Assembly: GCA_007571325.1 (NCBI GenBank)
Contig: RKRQ01000072.1
Location: forward strand, 1-59,092
DNA length: 59,092 nt
Reading direction: 5' to 3'
DNA from: Candidatus Dadabacteria bacterium
Lineage (GTDB): Bacteria > Desulfobacterota_D > UBA1144 > Nemesobacterales > Nemesobacteraceae
The first letter of the stretch is position 1; each line of letters opens with the position of its first letter. Below, in pieces: positions 27,598 to 36,975 of the stretch. Under the pieces are notes generated by a model, which was given only the letters and a program-made list of their open reading frames with translations, was not told where the DNA came from and did no database searches. Both the position numbers and the translations under genes were made by a program.

Positions 27598-27800
27598 GAG
27601 AGCGGGAAAATCAATCGAATTGTCGACTCTGGATTGGAAAACTGGACCGTTCAGGACCATTTACCCATCCCCATGCAAAAATTTTGACTTCTCATCCCCT
27701 CAATACCTTTCTCTGTGAGAAATGCAGGTTAGTATCAGCTACCTGTTGAATACTCTCTGGAATGTTCAGTACGATTTTAGGTTTTCTGTCTATTAAATTA

Positions 27801-28023
27801 TTAGATTTTTCCCTTTAGATTGAAACGGCGTTTTATATCTCCAAGTGTTCCCTTCCGAATTTCTGTATTTTCTCCATACACTTAACAGGATAAGATTCTG
27901 GCCTTCCATTAATATCGGAATGATAGATTATACGTTCACGCTTCCTTTGCCTCTTTTCTCATAGATAGAAAAACGTGAGTCGATTTTCCTAAGTTTTCTC
28001 TCGAGCGTACAAAAAGTGTACAT
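27801..28023 (-). pseudogene. HicA-like toxin pseudogene (two frameshifts)
   Basis: Three consecutive frames read MYTFCTLERKLRKIDSRFSIYEKRGKGS / ERIIYHSDINGRPESYPVKC / (H)GENTEIRKGTLGDIKRRFNLKGKI*; ATG abuts the upstream TAG. Confidence 0.7.
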
Positions 28024-28389
28024 CTAAGCTAGTTCTGTAAACTCTTTCCTTTTCTGGGCTATTACTTGAGGAGAAGGGTATGGCAAATTCTTAATATCAT
28101 ATTTACTGTAAGATGTTTCAATAACATTAAGTTGTCTAGATACTACATCTGTAAAATGCTGAAAATAAATAGGGTCAACATTACGCCAGATCATTTCTGG
28201 TTTTCCTTGGTAAATGGCAAAAGAGATTTGCATCAGAACTAAATCTTCCAATTCCTCATAGGCTTTTTGAAGAGTTTTACCACGTCCCCAAATGTCCATT
28301 TCCAGCGCTATAGCGTTCCACTCCCTTTCTTGCTCATCATAGAACCCGAGAACCTTAAAAGTAATATCTCTTGTTTCGGGCACTGACAT
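28024..28389 (-). CDS. HicB-like antitoxin (RNase H-like fold)
   Basis: W.A.ALEMDIWGRGKTLQKAYEELEDLV pattern; GGAGG RBS before ATG28389. Confidence 0.7.
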   Translation of the reverse strand: MSVPETRDITFKVLGFYDEQEREWNAIALEMDIWGRGKTLQKAYEELEDLVLMQISFAIYQGKPEMIWRNVDPIYFQHFTDVVSRQLNVIETSYSKYDIKNLPYPSPQVIAQKRKEFTELA

Positions 28390-28598
28390 TGAAACCTCCA
28401 AAAAACATTAGATATGTTACCTTGCCTTCCGTCAAAATGCCGTATGGCAATCATACATCTGCATGCATAGCTCTGCAACCACTATGGATTGCGCCAAAAA
28501 TTAATCTAGATTTCGTGTGAGCCTAGATAAAACCTAAAGAAACAAGAGCAAATCAAAATTAATACAGCACCAATTTTCTCACTGGATCAAAAAAATGG

Positions 28599-30551
28599 TC
28601 AATATACTAGGTCAAAAGTAAGCCTTCGCTTCTCTATGTCCGCCGACACAAGTTTCACGCGAACTTCTTCTCCGAGTTCAAACCACTTTCTCTTTTTTCC
28701 CCTGCTCTTGTAAAAATGTTCGGGGATTAATCCTTCTACGAAGTGTTCCTTTATTTCTATGAAAACTCCGAAGGGATGTATGCTGAGTATTTTACCGTGG
28801 AATATCTCATCTATGTTGGATTTCATGAAATTCGCTGTCTCAAGGTTCATGAACTGTCGCTCTGCATATTCAGCTGTTCTCTCAAGAATAGAGCAGCGCT
28901 CCGCTATTCTCTTGAGAAGAGTTGAGTTATAGAAAGGATCTTTTTTCTCCAGTATATTGTCAATAATCCTGTGAACAACAAGATCTGAATACCTTCTTAT
29001 GGGTGAAGTAAAGTGAGTGTAATCGTCTATCGCAAGACCAAAATGGGGAACATGCTTTGTTGAATAAACAGCTTTTTTGAGTGCGCGCAGTATCATAAAG
29101 TTTATTTGCTCCCAGTCTTTTCTTCCCGAAGCAGTTTTCATAATTTCCTGTATCTCCAACTGCTTAACATTTGCTCCAATATCCGCTTTGAGGCCTGTTT
29201 TGAGAAGGCTTTTGCGCAATTTTTCTATGGAATCCGGGTCGGGAGGTTCATGAATTCTGTAAATCGATTCAAAACCATTTTTGAAAATAAACTCCGCAAC
29301 TACGGAATTAGCCATGATCATGAATTCCTCTATTATTTCATGAGCAACGTTTCGCCTAAATCTATCTACGCCCGTTACATTTCCTGTGGAATCGCGAAGC
29401 AATACGGCCTCTGGGAAATCAAAGTCAAGTCCGCCCTTTTTGATCCTAATATCCTTGAGCTTGCCGTAGAGCTCTTTCATCAAAAACAGGGAGGAAATAA
29501 CCTTTTTGCCAAGGGAAGATGAGATGGTGCCGTTTGTTTTGAGAACAGACGCAACCTCTGAGTAGGTTAGCCTTACGCAGCTTTTTATAAAACTATTGTA
29601 TATCCTTGATTTTTTTAGATCCCCTGAAGAATCAAAATCCATCTCAACCGTTTTCGTAAGCCGTCTTTTTCTAGGACGCAGGCTACAAAGATCGTTTGAA
29701 AGCTTCTTTGGAAGCATAGGAACAACTCTGTCTGAGAGGTAGGTGCTGGTGGCCCTGCGTGTAGCTTCCTTATCACATGCACTTCCGTAAGCTACGTAAT
29801 GTGAAACGTCAGCGATATTTACCCAGAGTTTATACCCTTTGCGAATTTTTTTTATCCCCACCGCATCGTCAAAATCTTTGGCATCATCCCCGTCTATGGT
29901 GAAAATAGTTTCTTTTTCAAGATTCACTCTTGCCGGAAGATCAACGTCTGAAAACCCAGAACTTAGGCTCCTAACTTCTTCCCTTACCTCGCGTGAAAAA
30001 CCCTTTGAAAGACAATACTCTGAGATAATTCCCTTTTTTTCGGCTTCAACTTCTCCTGATATCCCAAGACGCTCAGCCACTTTTGCCGATGTTTTGCCCA
30101 ATTCAATTTTTATCACTACAAGTTCCCCATCGGAAAATCCTTTTCCCCTCCTTCCGTTTTCGATCTTATACTCGGGAATCTCTGTTCTTCTCGGACAGGC
30201 GACAAAACCTCTCGGGGTCTTTTTCAGGTCGGCAAGAATCCTAATAGACTTCCCATCAGAAAAATTGCTTTGATCGATATTCTTAGAGTTCCCATTTAAG
30301 TGGAAACCAGAAGAACTCTGATACCGTCGGTCTTTCCCAACATGCTTTTTTTCATGTCTTCTAAGACGGTAGCGACCTTTAGAGGTTTTTTTCACAGTTC
30401 CTTCAATAACCATACTCTCCAGAATCGTGTGGAGGCTTTGTCTTTTTCTGCCGGGCAGATTAAGCCCAAGGAGAATATTCTCCTTGGAAAGACTCTTTCC
30501 ATTTTTTTCACTCAGAAGTTTTAGAATCCGGGATTTCCTTTTGCTTGACAT
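28599..30551 (-). CDS. rnr: ribonuclease R / VacB family 3'-5' exoribonuclease
   Basis: FTIDGDDAKDFDDAV, RIHEPP, HFTSPIRRYSDL, N-terminal HTH, C-terminal S1. Confidence 0.93.
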   Translation of the reverse strand: MSSKRKSRILKLLSEKNGKSLSKENILLGLNLPGRKRQSLHTILESMVIEGTVKKTSKGRYRLRRHEKKHVGKDRRYQSSSGFHLNGNSKNIDQSNFSDGKSIRILADLKKTPRGFVACPRRTEIPEYKIENGRRGKGFSDGELVVIKIELGKTSAKVAERLGISGEVEAEKKGIISEYCLSKGFSREVREEVRSLSSGFSDVDLPARVNLEKETIFTIDGDDAKDFDDAVGIKKIRKGYKLWVNIADVSHYVAYGSACDKEATRRATSTYLSDRVVPMLPKKLSNDLCSLRPRKRRLTKTVEMDFDSSGDLKKSRIYNSFIKSCVRLTYSEVASVLKTNGTISSSLGKKVISSLFLMKELYGKLKDIRIKKGGLDFDFPEAVLLRDSTGNVTGVDRFRRNVAHEIIEEFMIMANSVVAEFIFKNGFESIYRIHEPPDPDSIEKLRKSLLKTGLKADIGANVKQLEIQEIMKTASGRKDWEQINFMILRALKKAVYSTKHVPHFGLAIDDYTHFTSPIRRYSDLVVHRIIDNILEKKDPFYNSTLLKRIAERCSILERTAEYAERQFMNLETANFMKSNIDEIFHGKILSIHPFGVFIEIKEHFVEGLIPEHFYKSRGKKRKWFELGEEVRVKLVSADIEKRRLTFDLVY

Positions 30552-30663
30552 AGTTTAAGCTCAGATATTCAGCCGTGGGAAATTTCTGTTTTAAGAATTG
30601 AAATTTACACGGTCTTGTATAAAATAGTGCCGTTTTTATTAATTCTGCTTTTTGGAGTTTCGT

Positions 30664-30846
30664 ATGCTTAGGACAAACATCCTCGGAGGAATTTTTATAA
30701 CCGCTCTTGTTCTTTCCATAATCGGTTTTGGAATTTCTCTCAAATTTTCACTCGATTGGTCTTTTTACTTTAAGGTTCTCGCTGTAGTTGGGACAGTAGC
30801 GCTTGCAGTTTCTTTGATAGTCCACTCAATACCTTCAAGAAACTGA
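30664..30846 (+). CDS. small two-TM hypothetical membrane protein (60 aa)
   Basis: GGAG RBS then ATG30664; two hydrophobic helices. Confidence 0.55.
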   Translation: MLRTNILGGIFITALVLSIIGFGISLKFSLDWSFYFKVLAVVGTVALAVSLIVHSIPSRN

Positions 30847-30883
30847 TCCGGTACGTGCAATTCCTTACCAGTTTTCCCCCTGT

Positions 30884-31891
30884 TCACAAATCCCTTAGCG
30901 CAAGACCTGCGGCAACCGCCATTTTTGGAGCCATATACTCAATGTATTTGGGATCAAAGCGCGAATCCGAAACATCTATATTCTGAAAAGGATTAAAAAG
31001 CTCAACCGAAACACCCGTGGTTTCTTCAACCATATCAACCATAGTTGGAATTGTTGAAGACCCTCCCGAAAGAATCACACGGGAGAACTCACCTTCGTAT
31101 TTGTCAAGAACAGAATTTATCTTATCTACAGCACGAACAACAAACTCATTGAAAACGGATGTTATTTCTTGATACCCTTCATAACCCCTTATGCTACGCT
31201 TTATTCTCTCAGCCTCCTCGTAGGTTATATTGAATTTCTCCATAAGGCAAAGCGTAATCCACTGCCCTCCGAACGGAATATCACTTAGCATAAAAGGAAT
31301 ACCATTGTCCAGAAGATTGAGATTGATCACCGATGCTCCGATGTTTACTAGGGCTACTTTTTCACCGGGGGCTGAGCAGAAAACCGCATAGGAATTTGAA
31401 AGTGCCATAGAGTCAATATCAATGATCTGGACTTTAAGGCCCAAAGGTAAAAACAAATTTTTATATCCTTCTATAGTTTTTTTTGAAACCGCCGTTATCA
31501 GCACTGGAACCTGCTCAGACCCTCTATTGCATCGCAAAAGCTGTATGTAGCTGTAATTAACCTCGTCAATATTTTCGTAAAGACTAGAACTTACAATATC
31601 CGGAACAAGTTTTTTTATGTCTTCTCCGGAGAAATTTCCGGAAACATTAATGATTTTCGAAACAACTGCTTCGCCGGAAATACCTATCACCACACTTTTG
31701 GGTTTTATGCCAAGTTGGGAAAGAAGACTTAAAAGAGCTCCAGAAACCACTTCGCTCCTTGAAATCAACTTACCGGTCACAGCACCGTTTGGAAGCAGGG
31801 CCTCCCCAATGTTCTCAAGTCGATAGTTTCCATCCCCAGAAGAAAATTCAATTACCTTAATTGAATTTGAACCTATATCTATTCCAACCAT
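30884..31891 (-). CDS. pilM: type IV pilus assembly protein PilM-like (actin fold)
   Basis: VGIDIGSNSIKV, VNIGASV, FGGQWIT, ILSGG, NPF, AVAAGLALR. Confidence 0.85.
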   Translation of the reverse strand: MVGIDIGSNSIKVIEFSSGDGNYRLENIGEALLPNGAVTGKLISRSEVVSGALLSLLSQLGIKPKSVVIGISGEAVVSKIINVSGNFSGEDIKKLVPDIVSSSLYENIDEVNYSYIQLLRCNRGSEQVPVLITAVSKKTIEGYKNLFLPLGLKVQIIDIDSMALSNSYAVFCSAPGEKVALVNIGASVINLNLLDNGIPFMLSDIPFGGQWITLCLMEKFNITYEEAERIKRSIRGYEGYQEITSVFNEFVVRAVDKINSVLDKYEGEFSRVILSGGSSTIPTMVDMVEETTGVSVELFNPFQNIDVSDSRFDPKYIEYMAPKMAVAAGLALRDL

Positions 31892-31980
31892 TACATCTCT
31901 CCCAGTAAGTAAATACTAGTAGTTAAGGTCGCTGAGAGTAGCTCTTTAAACGGAAAAACCAACAAAGCGGGGATAGATAA

Positions 31981-32346
31981 CTACTCTTCTACAAGGTCAT
32001 AGTATATCTGTACTTCTCGGGAATGAGTTCCAGGGGGAAGGCTATCGAAACTAGCCGTGAAGAAAGAACTTTCCTCTGGGTCGAGTATATCTCCCTCCCC
32101 AACAAGTACCGAGGTGGCGGCAAGAGCATTTCCATCCGAATCCTTCACAAATATAACAACGTAAACAGAGTGAACAGGGAAATCCGCCGTGTTTAGGATG
32201 GCACCGTTAAAATCTACACTCCCATTAGAATTTTCGGTCTGCAGAACAGGTCCATCAAGTTTAACAACGGATTCGTCTTCTGCAGCGCAAGACACAAGAA
32301 AAAAAACCGCTAAAGCAAATAATTTGATCTGAAAAGCCTTTTTCAT
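31981..32346 (-). CDS. lipoprotein, FxLYD/DUF3426-like Ig-type domain
   Basis: Lipobox LVSC; G..LNT..V.V..KDSDG..L..LDPEESSFF pattern. Confidence 0.6.
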   Translation of the reverse strand: MKKAFQIKLFALAVFFLVSCAAEDESVVKLDGPVLQTENSNGSVDFNGAILNTADFPVHSVYVVIFVKDSDGNALAATSVLVGEGDILDPEESSFFTASFDSLPPGTHSREVQIYYDLVEE

Positions 32347-33110
32347 TTCCCTAGCTTAGTTTCCGCGTTTGAAATTGAAATAACGTTCCCCGAATCCGCA
32401 GTCTTTTCCTCCGCAACTTTCTTGTCTTCCGAAGCGTGATCTTCTATTATGTCTCCAAGCACCTTGTGCATTAGTTTAAGTGCACTTATGGAATGTTCCT
32501 TCAGATAGCCTTCTCCTCCAACAAAAGGTATCTCCTCCTTTCTCCTTCTAGAAAACAGGTAAAGAATAAAAGCTTGGTTGTTAAGCACCACTAAAATTGC
32601 TACGTAAAGCAGGAAATTGTCTGCGAAAACCTTTTTCATTAGCGTCTTCGTATCGGAATCGATCTTAACGATTCCGAGAGGTCCTTCGGTCTGCGGAGCA
32701 AGAAATGGAACGGAAACGGAAATCTTCCCAGCGTATTTCTCAACTGAGTACCCTTCAGGTGGATAGGAATTTTCGAGAAAGTGTCCGGAGACCATTTCGT
32801 TTTCTTTCTGTTTCCTGAAAGTAACGCTGAAAAACTTGGGTGAAACTCCAAATGTGTTGAACAGTTTTTCTCTACCCAGCCTTTCGTCAAGAAAAAGATA
32901 GAATTCGTTGCTTGTAGAGCCCTCTCCACGGTCCTTATAGAAGCTAGTTGCCTGGTCTCCTATGGTTTCGGCAATAGCCCTAGTCCTGGTGACAAATTCT
33001 TTCTTGGCGTTGTCAAACTGAAAATAAAATACTACCCCTATCAAGGCTATAATGCCCAGTTCAACCATAAATATTTTGGATAAAAGACTAAGTTTCTGGT
33101 TCAGGCGCAT
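32343..33110 (-). CDS. hypothetical membrane protein, 2 TM flanking a ~140-aa periplasmic domain
   Basis: TM1 IFMVELGIIALIGVVFYF, TM2 LLYVAILVVLNNQAFILYLF followed by RRR; overlaps both neighbours. Confidence 0.7.
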   Translation of the reverse strand: MRLNQKLSLLSKIFMVELGIIALIGVVFYFQFDNAKKEFVTRTRAIAETIGDQATSFYKDRGEGSTSNEFYLFLDERLGREKLFNTFGVSPKFFSVTFRKQKENEMVSGHFLENSYPPEGYSVEKYAGKISVSVPFLAPQTEGPLGIVKIDSDTKTLMKKVFADNFLLYVAILVVLNNQAFILYLFSRRRKEEIPFVGGEGYLKEHSISALKLMHKVLGDIIEDHASEDKKVAEEKTADSGNVISISNAETKLGK

Positions 33111-33514
33111 TTCATAAACTCTTCAAGTATTTTGCGTAATTTTTTATCCTGGGAATGTCGAAGAAGCATAAATACCATTCCGGCGAAATCTTTTTTTATT
33201 TCTCCATCAAGACTTCTGTAAAGCTTAACAAGCATCTTTTCCTCATTCGTTAAAACTTCAAGCTCCTGCTCTGATATGGCCTCCTTTTTGATAAACCTCT
33301 TGAGTCTTTCGGCTCTTGAAACAGTCCAGATTTCTTCAACCTTGACTTCCAGAATTGAAGAAATCTGCTGGCAACGTTCAAAAGAGGGAGCATCTACCTT
33401 TCCCGTTTCAAGCTGATGTATATAAACGTTTGAAACTTCAAGATAACGAGCAAGATTCTCTTGCGTAATGTTTTTTCTCTTTCTTATTTTTTTCAGGTAA
33501 TCGCCAAATCTCAT
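33101..33514 (-). CDS. XRE-family HTH transcriptional regulator
   Basis: FGDYLKKIR..ITQENLA..VSNVYIHQLETGK; GGAGG RBS. Confidence 0.9.
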   Translation of the reverse strand: MRFGDYLKKIRKRKNITQENLARYLEVSNVYIHQLETGKVDAPSFERCQQISSILEVKVEEIWTVSRAERLKRFIKKEAISEQELEVLTNEEKMLVKLYRSLDGEIKKDFAGMVFMLLRHSQDKKLRKILEEFMKCA

Positions 33515-33967
33515 TTTTTAATACTCCTCCGAGGATAAAACAAACCTATACGAATGCTAAGTTTAACCTAATGTATATAACAAGACAATCTGCTAAAAAG
33601 CACTTGTTCCAAACACAGCTTACGACCCCAACGCAACGAGAATGATAAGCGCTTTATTTCATTTTTTACTACATTTCCGTCAAGTTCATTATACCGTCCA
33701 TAGTCTTCCAGATAAGAAAAACTTGAAGGAAATTCTAATGTTATAGTGTCTTCTAAAACTCTTTCAATCCTGGTAACTGATACTTGGAATTATCTCCATC
33801 CCCAAAAAAAGCTGTATTTTCCAGGGTGCTGTGCAATTAAGAAAATAGGTTTATACAGCCTCGTGAGGAACATGAATAAGGCACAGGACGAAAGCAGTCA
33901 AAAGTAGCAAGAGAGTCGGTCGTACTACTAAACAAGGCCCAAATACAACTTAGATAACTTAAGGATG

Positions 33968-34040
<73 letters not shown>

Positions 34041-34116
34041 AGAAATAAGCGGGCTTTAATTCTACCCGAAGAGAATATTTTGTTTCAAGAAAGATCCCTT
34101 CTTAATTAATAAGTAA

Positions 34117-34152
34117 AGGGCTTCGGCACTTTTTTAAAAGAACCGAAGCCCT
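34117..34152 (-). terminator. intrinsic terminator of the amtB-porin operon
   Basis: AGGGCTTCGG/CCGAAGCCCT 10-bp stem, followed on the minus strand by TTACTTATT. Confidence 0.7.
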
Positions 34153-34237
34153 CTGAACACAGAAAAAAGAGGTATAGGTATGGTATGGAGAGATGACGCG
34201 TTTTTTCTGCGTTTTATTTCTACTTTGTTTGTTCTAT

Positions 34238-35332
34238 TTATACGTCAAGCCAGTAAAGAAGCTGTACAGCAAATCCATGCTGTTTATCTTCACCAGCAAA
34301 ATACATGTCGTCGCCGTCTGCCTTGTCGTACCTGTACTCAAGCCTCGTTTCAAAATTCCCAACGGATTTGAAAGGACTTAATATGAGAGTCGAGGTGAAC
34401 TCATAGAGTTCAAGCCCCGGTGTATCAACCCTTTCTCCCTCATCGACATATTCACCCCTGAGAGCAATAGACATGGAGTCTACAAGACTCATTATTGCAT
34501 AACCAGCGAAACCCCACCGGTCTCCGCCGACATCATGCGACGTGTACTCAAAATCAGCGACCAACGTTAGTTTCTCCATAATAGACATGGTACCAACGAT
34601 GGTAAAAAGGGTTCTGGTATCACCATCGGTATCACCAAAATACACCGTAGCGCCAAGCCAGCCGTCGTTTGCAAAATTAAGCGCGACCTGTGATTCAAGC
34701 GTTTTACCATCATCCACATCATCAACCGCATCCCAGTCGTTGCTTAGACCAAACGCAAAATCAAGCGCTCCTGCACTGAAAGTAGCCCTTACACCACTGT
34801 GTGCAAACGGGATCCTATAAAAGAGCAGTGATCTGGTTATGTTGGTGTTATCTTTAGCTTCTATAAGCTCCCAACCAGCAAGCGTTGTAAACTGACCAGC
34901 ATAGATGTTAAGGCCCCCGGAAAATGAAGGAATAAGTACATTTATATAGGCTTGGTAAGGACTTATTGCGCCGTCGCCGTCAGAATTAAAACCAAAGCCG
35001 AGGCGTTCAGCTTGTTCGCCGAAAAGAACATCGGCCCTGAACCCCACCAAATCCATCACTCCTTTGTCAGCAGTAGGAACTTTTTCAAGTGAAAGAGTGA
35101 AAGCATCTATAGAAAAATCATTGTGCTCCGGATAAAGCCCCCTCTCACTTATAGGCATTCCAGCTGTCCCGTCTGAAACATACTGATAAGTAGTATCAAG
35201 TGAAAAACCGAGTCCGATCGACTCTAAATTTCCAATATCAAGGGCGTTTGCCCTCGGGGCCGCAAACTGGACCCCGAGTAGCAAAACTGCCGTGATTATC
35301 ATCAATGAAAGTTTGGAAACTATACTTCTCAT
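34238..35332 (-). CDS. outer-membrane beta-barrel porin (DUF1597/BBP2-like)
   Basis: Signal peptide ending ANA, GFRADVLFG, GQFTT.AGWELI..N.N.TRSLLF, alternating beta strands; AGGAGG RBS before ATG35332. Confidence 0.8.
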   Translation of the reverse strand: MRSIVSKLSLMIITAVLLLGVQFAAPRANALDIGNLESIGLGFSLDTTYQYVSDGTAGMPISERGLYPEHNDFSIDAFTLSLEKVPTADKGVMDLVGFRADVLFGEQAERLGFGFNSDGDGAISPYQAYINVLIPSFSGGLNIYAGQFTTLAGWELIEAKDNTNITRSLLFYRIPFAHSGVRATFSAGALDFAFGLSNDWDAVDDVDDGKTLESQVALNFANDGWLGATVYFGDTDGDTRTLFTIVGTMSIMEKLTLVADFEYTSHDVGGDRWGFAGYAIMSLVDSMSIALRGEYVDEGERVDTPGLELYEFTSTLILSPFKSVGNFETRLEYRYDKADGDDMYFAGEDKQHGFAVQLLYWLDV

Positions 35333-35390
35333 TTTTTCTCCTCCTTTAAAGTTATTATTTTCTCTCCGTTTTTTCTTTATTTTCATAGAA

Positions 35391-36743
35391 TTAAGCCTCT
35401 GATATGGCTTGGAAATCCGGATAGGCTTCCATTCCATGCTCGCTTATATCAAGTCCTCTTCTTTCTTCTTCCTCATTCACTCTTATTCCCATGATCATCT
35501 TTATGGCGTAAAAGATGATAAAGCTACAAACAACGGTGAAGATTCCATATGCGAGAACTCCGATAAACTGAGTTACAATGCTGAAATCTGGTCCTCCAAA
35601 AATTCCCACAGCTAACGTTCCCCATACACCGCAGACCAAGTGAACAGAAATCGCTCCCACAGGATCATCTATTCTTATTTTGTCAAAGAAGCCGACTGCA
35701 AAAACGATTATCACTCCTGCCACAAGCCCTATGATGACCGCCTCTGCGGGAGTAACCACGTCAGCTCCCGCCGTGATTCCCACAAGACCTGCAAGCACAC
35801 CGTTTAAGGCCATTGAAAGGTCAGGATATTTAAAAATCGCCCACGAAGTGAAAGTTGCTCCCAGTACACCAGCCGCAGCCGCAAGCGAAGTCGTTACTAT
35901 GACCAGCGAAATCAGTTCCGGATCCGCACTCAGAACCGAACCGCCGTTAAAACCGAACCACCCCATCCAGAGCAAAAAGACTCCGATGGCAAGAAGCGGG
36001 AGAGAGTGACCTGGAATCGGTCTCATCTTGCCTGAGGCAAGATATTTTCCGACACGTGGGCCAAGAAGATATGCTCCGACAAGTCCTCCCCATCCACCGA
36101 CGCTATGAACGAGCGTGGAACCAGCAAAATCGTAAAACCCCATCTGATCAAGCCATCCTCCGCCCCATTTCCAAGATCCTGCTATGGGATATACGATTGC
36201 GACGAATATTGTCGCGAAAATAAGGAAACTTGAAAGCTTTATACGTTCCGCAACTGCTCCGGAGACAATGGTAGCCGCAGTTGCAGCGAACATAGCCTGG
36301 AAAATGAAATCAGTGTAATAAGTGTAGCCACCGTCGGCATATTCTATGAGCCCCTCGGCTCCGGCCGGGGCTGAGAGACCAAAGCCCGCGAACCCAAAGA
36401 TCCCATGACCTATAAGGTTAAAATCCCCCGGATACATGAGGTTAAAACCCATAAAGGCGTAAGTGAGAATACCTGCCGAGATAATAAACGTGTTTTTAAA
36501 CAGTATGTTTACAGCGTTCTTTGATCTTGTAAGTCCGGTCTCAAGGGCAGCGAATCCAAGATGCATTATAAAGACAAGAAAAGTTGCCAACAGCATCCAT
36601 ATGTTGTTCGCCACGAAAACCGAGTGCGCCGAACCGTCTGACGCAAAAGCCGAGTAGCCCCCTAAAATAACAAAAGCGAAAACCGAGAAAAGAAGCACAC
36701 GGCCGCATCCGAAAGGTTTTCTCAAAACATCTGTTATATTCAT
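35391..36743 (-). CDS. amtB: ammonium transporter
   Basis: FIMHLGFAALETG, SGAVAER, DFAGSTLVH, GWFGFNGGS, DDPVGAISVH (both pore His); GGAGGAG RBS favours ATG36743. Confidence 0.97.
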   Translation of the reverse strand: MNITDVLRKPFGCGRVLLFSVFAFVILGGYSAFASDGSAHSVFVANNIWMLLATFLVFIMHLGFAALETGLTRSKNAVNILFKNTFIISAGILTYAFMGFNLMYPGDFNLIGHGIFGFAGFGLSAPAGAEGLIEYADGGYTYYTDFIFQAMFAATAATIVSGAVAERIKLSSFLIFATIFVAIVYPIAGSWKWGGGWLDQMGFYDFAGSTLVHSVGGWGGLVGAYLLGPRVGKYLASGKMRPIPGHSLPLLAIGVFLLWMGWFGFNGGSVLSADPELISLVIVTTSLAAAAGVLGATFTSWAIFKYPDLSMALNGVLAGLVGITAGADVVTPAEAVIIGLVAGVIIVFAVGFFDKIRIDDPVGAISVHLVCGVWGTLAVGIFGGPDFSIVTQFIGVLAYGIFTVVCSFIIFYAIKMIMGIRVNEEEERRGLDISEHGMEAYPDFQAISEA

Positions 36744-36781
36744 AACCAACTCCTCCATGTTTTTTCTTCTCTAGATATTGA

Positions 36782-36798
36782 TGCAATTAAGAGGCCAA
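36782..36798 (-). promoter_or_regulatory. sigma54 (-24/-12) promoter of amtB
   Basis: Minus strand TTGGCCTCTTAATTGCA: GG-N10-GC with TGGC and TTGC. Confidence 0.75.
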
Positions 36799-36905
36799 AA
36801 AGAAAGAAAGCATGGAAGATGTAACTTAATTCTCTGAAATAATTAGAAAAAAATAAATTCTCAACAGTTGCGGATTTTTAAGTAAACTTAGAATCTGAAA
36901 ACCAT

Positions 36906-36933
36906 TGCCTAAAAAATGTGCAGATTATGCACA
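36906..36933. promoter_or_regulatory. candidate NtrC-type upstream activator site(s)
   Basis: TGCCTAAAAAATGTGCA (36906-36922, 12/17 to TGCACCAAAATGGTGCA) overlapping palindrome TGTGCA-N5-TGCACA; ~110-135 bp upstream of the sigma54 site. Confidence 0.5.
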
Positions 36934-36975
36934 GAAGAAAAATGAGTTGAACAAAATCGCACGCAAGCACTGAGA

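Noticed and set aside
27207-27749. 180-aa ORF spanning tRNA-Ser (likewise 33837-34025 and 53850-54038 over the other tRNAs)
   Set aside because: Shadow ORFs over tRNA genes and antisense to real CDSs
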